This document shows positions 63,285-64,000 of a stretch of DNA of 64,000 nucleotides, piece after piece. The DNA lies in the NCBI GenBank assembly GCA_963776345.1, contig CAVZMH010000019.1, positions 312,884-376,883 on the forward strand, given 5' to 3'. Both the position numbers and the translations under genes were made by a program. Within the stretch, counting starts at the first letter, position 1; each line of letters starts with the position of its first letter. The notes beneath the pieces were generated by a model. That model did not search any database, had not been told where the DNA came from, and saw only the letters and a program-made list of their open reading frames with translations. Origin of the DNA: an uncultured delta proteobacterium (GTDB lineage Bacteria > Myxococcota > Myxococcia > Myxococcales > Myxococcaceae).

Positions 63285-63710
63285 TCTGGTCTACCTTCTC
63301 TACAGAGTGTTAGGTGTCGGTGGATGTGGAGGGAGTCGAACCCTCCTCAGAAGAACCGCAGACAGGTCTACGAGAGTGGCTTGTCATGCTGGCGAAAAGG
63401 ATCGAAGTGGCGGGAATCGAGGGGCTGTCGGTCTCACCGACGTGCCAGGGAACGAGCAGATTGGCATCCCGTAGGTCCAGCTTGGCTCGTCGTGTAGGAC
63501 CGCGCATTGGATGACTTCCACCCCGGCCTTCATCGCCTGGAGCCAGTCGAGGAGCGGGATACGGGTCTCCAAGCATGAAGCTCCGAGCGCGCGATGCGGA
63601 AAGCCACGCGCTCCAGTCGCGGGTCGAACTGTCCGGAGAGTCCGTGAGTGGGGACGGCGGACGTGTCAGGGGGAGCGAGCGAGTCGCGGTCACAGCACTG
63701 TTGCTTGCCG

Positions 63711-64000
63711 AGAGCGTGCCAGAGGTAAACTCGAAAAGGCCCTCTGGTCTCGGTGCTCTGCGGTTGAAGTCGCCGTGAAAGGGGCGCGACCGATGGGTCT
63801 GGGTGACCCCGCTCGTCGGGGAAGACCCGGGCTTGGGTTTCCATCCGGGTCCGCTCCCTTCGTGGGCATCGGAAGGCAATCTTTGCCCTACGAGCACCTA
63901 CCTCGGCATGTTGACAGGTAGGTGCCAAGCGAGAAGGGAGCAGCCGATGGGAGCGAGTCCACGGGCTCGTTCCGACGTGCCTATCCGGCAACCACCGGCT
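63711..64000 (+). ncRNA. Candidate structured non-coding RNA (unassigned, may continue past the window)
   Basis: Nested stems 63853-61/63933-41, 63894-903/63916-25, 63950-59/63964-73, 63761-66/63787-92, 63719-25/63741-47. Confidence 0.4.

Larger units (their letters stand above)
53727..64000. mobile_element. Genomic island or prophage arm integrated at the ssrA 3' end (continues beyond window)
   Basis: Abrupt fall in GC and GC3 right after tmRNA (by eye about 60% vs more than 70%), short orphan genes, loss of housekeeping gene order; no integrase in view. Confidence 0.8.

Noticed and set aside
54630..63300. Classical integron cassette array
   Set aside because: No RYYYAAC...GTTRRRY paired boxes after the stop codons, mixed gene orientation, and no intI in the window.
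63585..63613. Group II intron domain V-like hairpin (GAGC...GAAA...AC...GCTC)
   Set aside because: Stem lengths do not fit domain V, and there is no domain VI or reverse transcriptase nearby.
63318..63645. Complete second tmRNA or tRNA on the minus strand
   Set aside because: The candidate 5' end (GGACTCT...TTCGAC near 63640) cannot pair with the CACATCC acceptor strand; no D or anticodon arm and no tag ORF found.

Overview
High-GC chromosomal segment that looks myxobacterial (Myxococcales-type gene content and order). Bases 1-53.7 kb are mostly housekeeping and signalling genes: thrC'/thrB, amgK-murU, PP2C phosphatase, trmL, DnaJ/TPR, PilZ, response regulator, tsaD-rsmA-deoxynucleoside kinase-panBC-smpB-sspB, a FecR/LysM/HD-GYP operon, rimP-nusA-ylxR-infB-DUF503-rbfA-truB, rpsO-pnp-dut, a Ser/Thr kinase, purB, purC, a HelD-like helicase, an OmpA/TSP3 protein and the tmRNA gene ssrA (53365-53726). 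Oddities in this part are an unannotated 60-aa ORF with an apparent ATC start, three tandem paralogs of exactly 230 aa, and a foreign-looking P-type ATPase followed by an IS3 scrap. Straight after ssrA a lower-GC island begins and runs off the window edge. It carries a DUF3800-like gene and about 12 small exported or membrane-protein genes, many broken by 1-2 nt indels. Several long, strongly base-paired non-coding segments lie between these genes (56248-56362, 57615-57970, 63711-64000), and I cannot assign them to a known family. No CRISPR array, rRNA, complete tRNA or integrase is visible. Family calls come from motif recognition by eye, not database searches.
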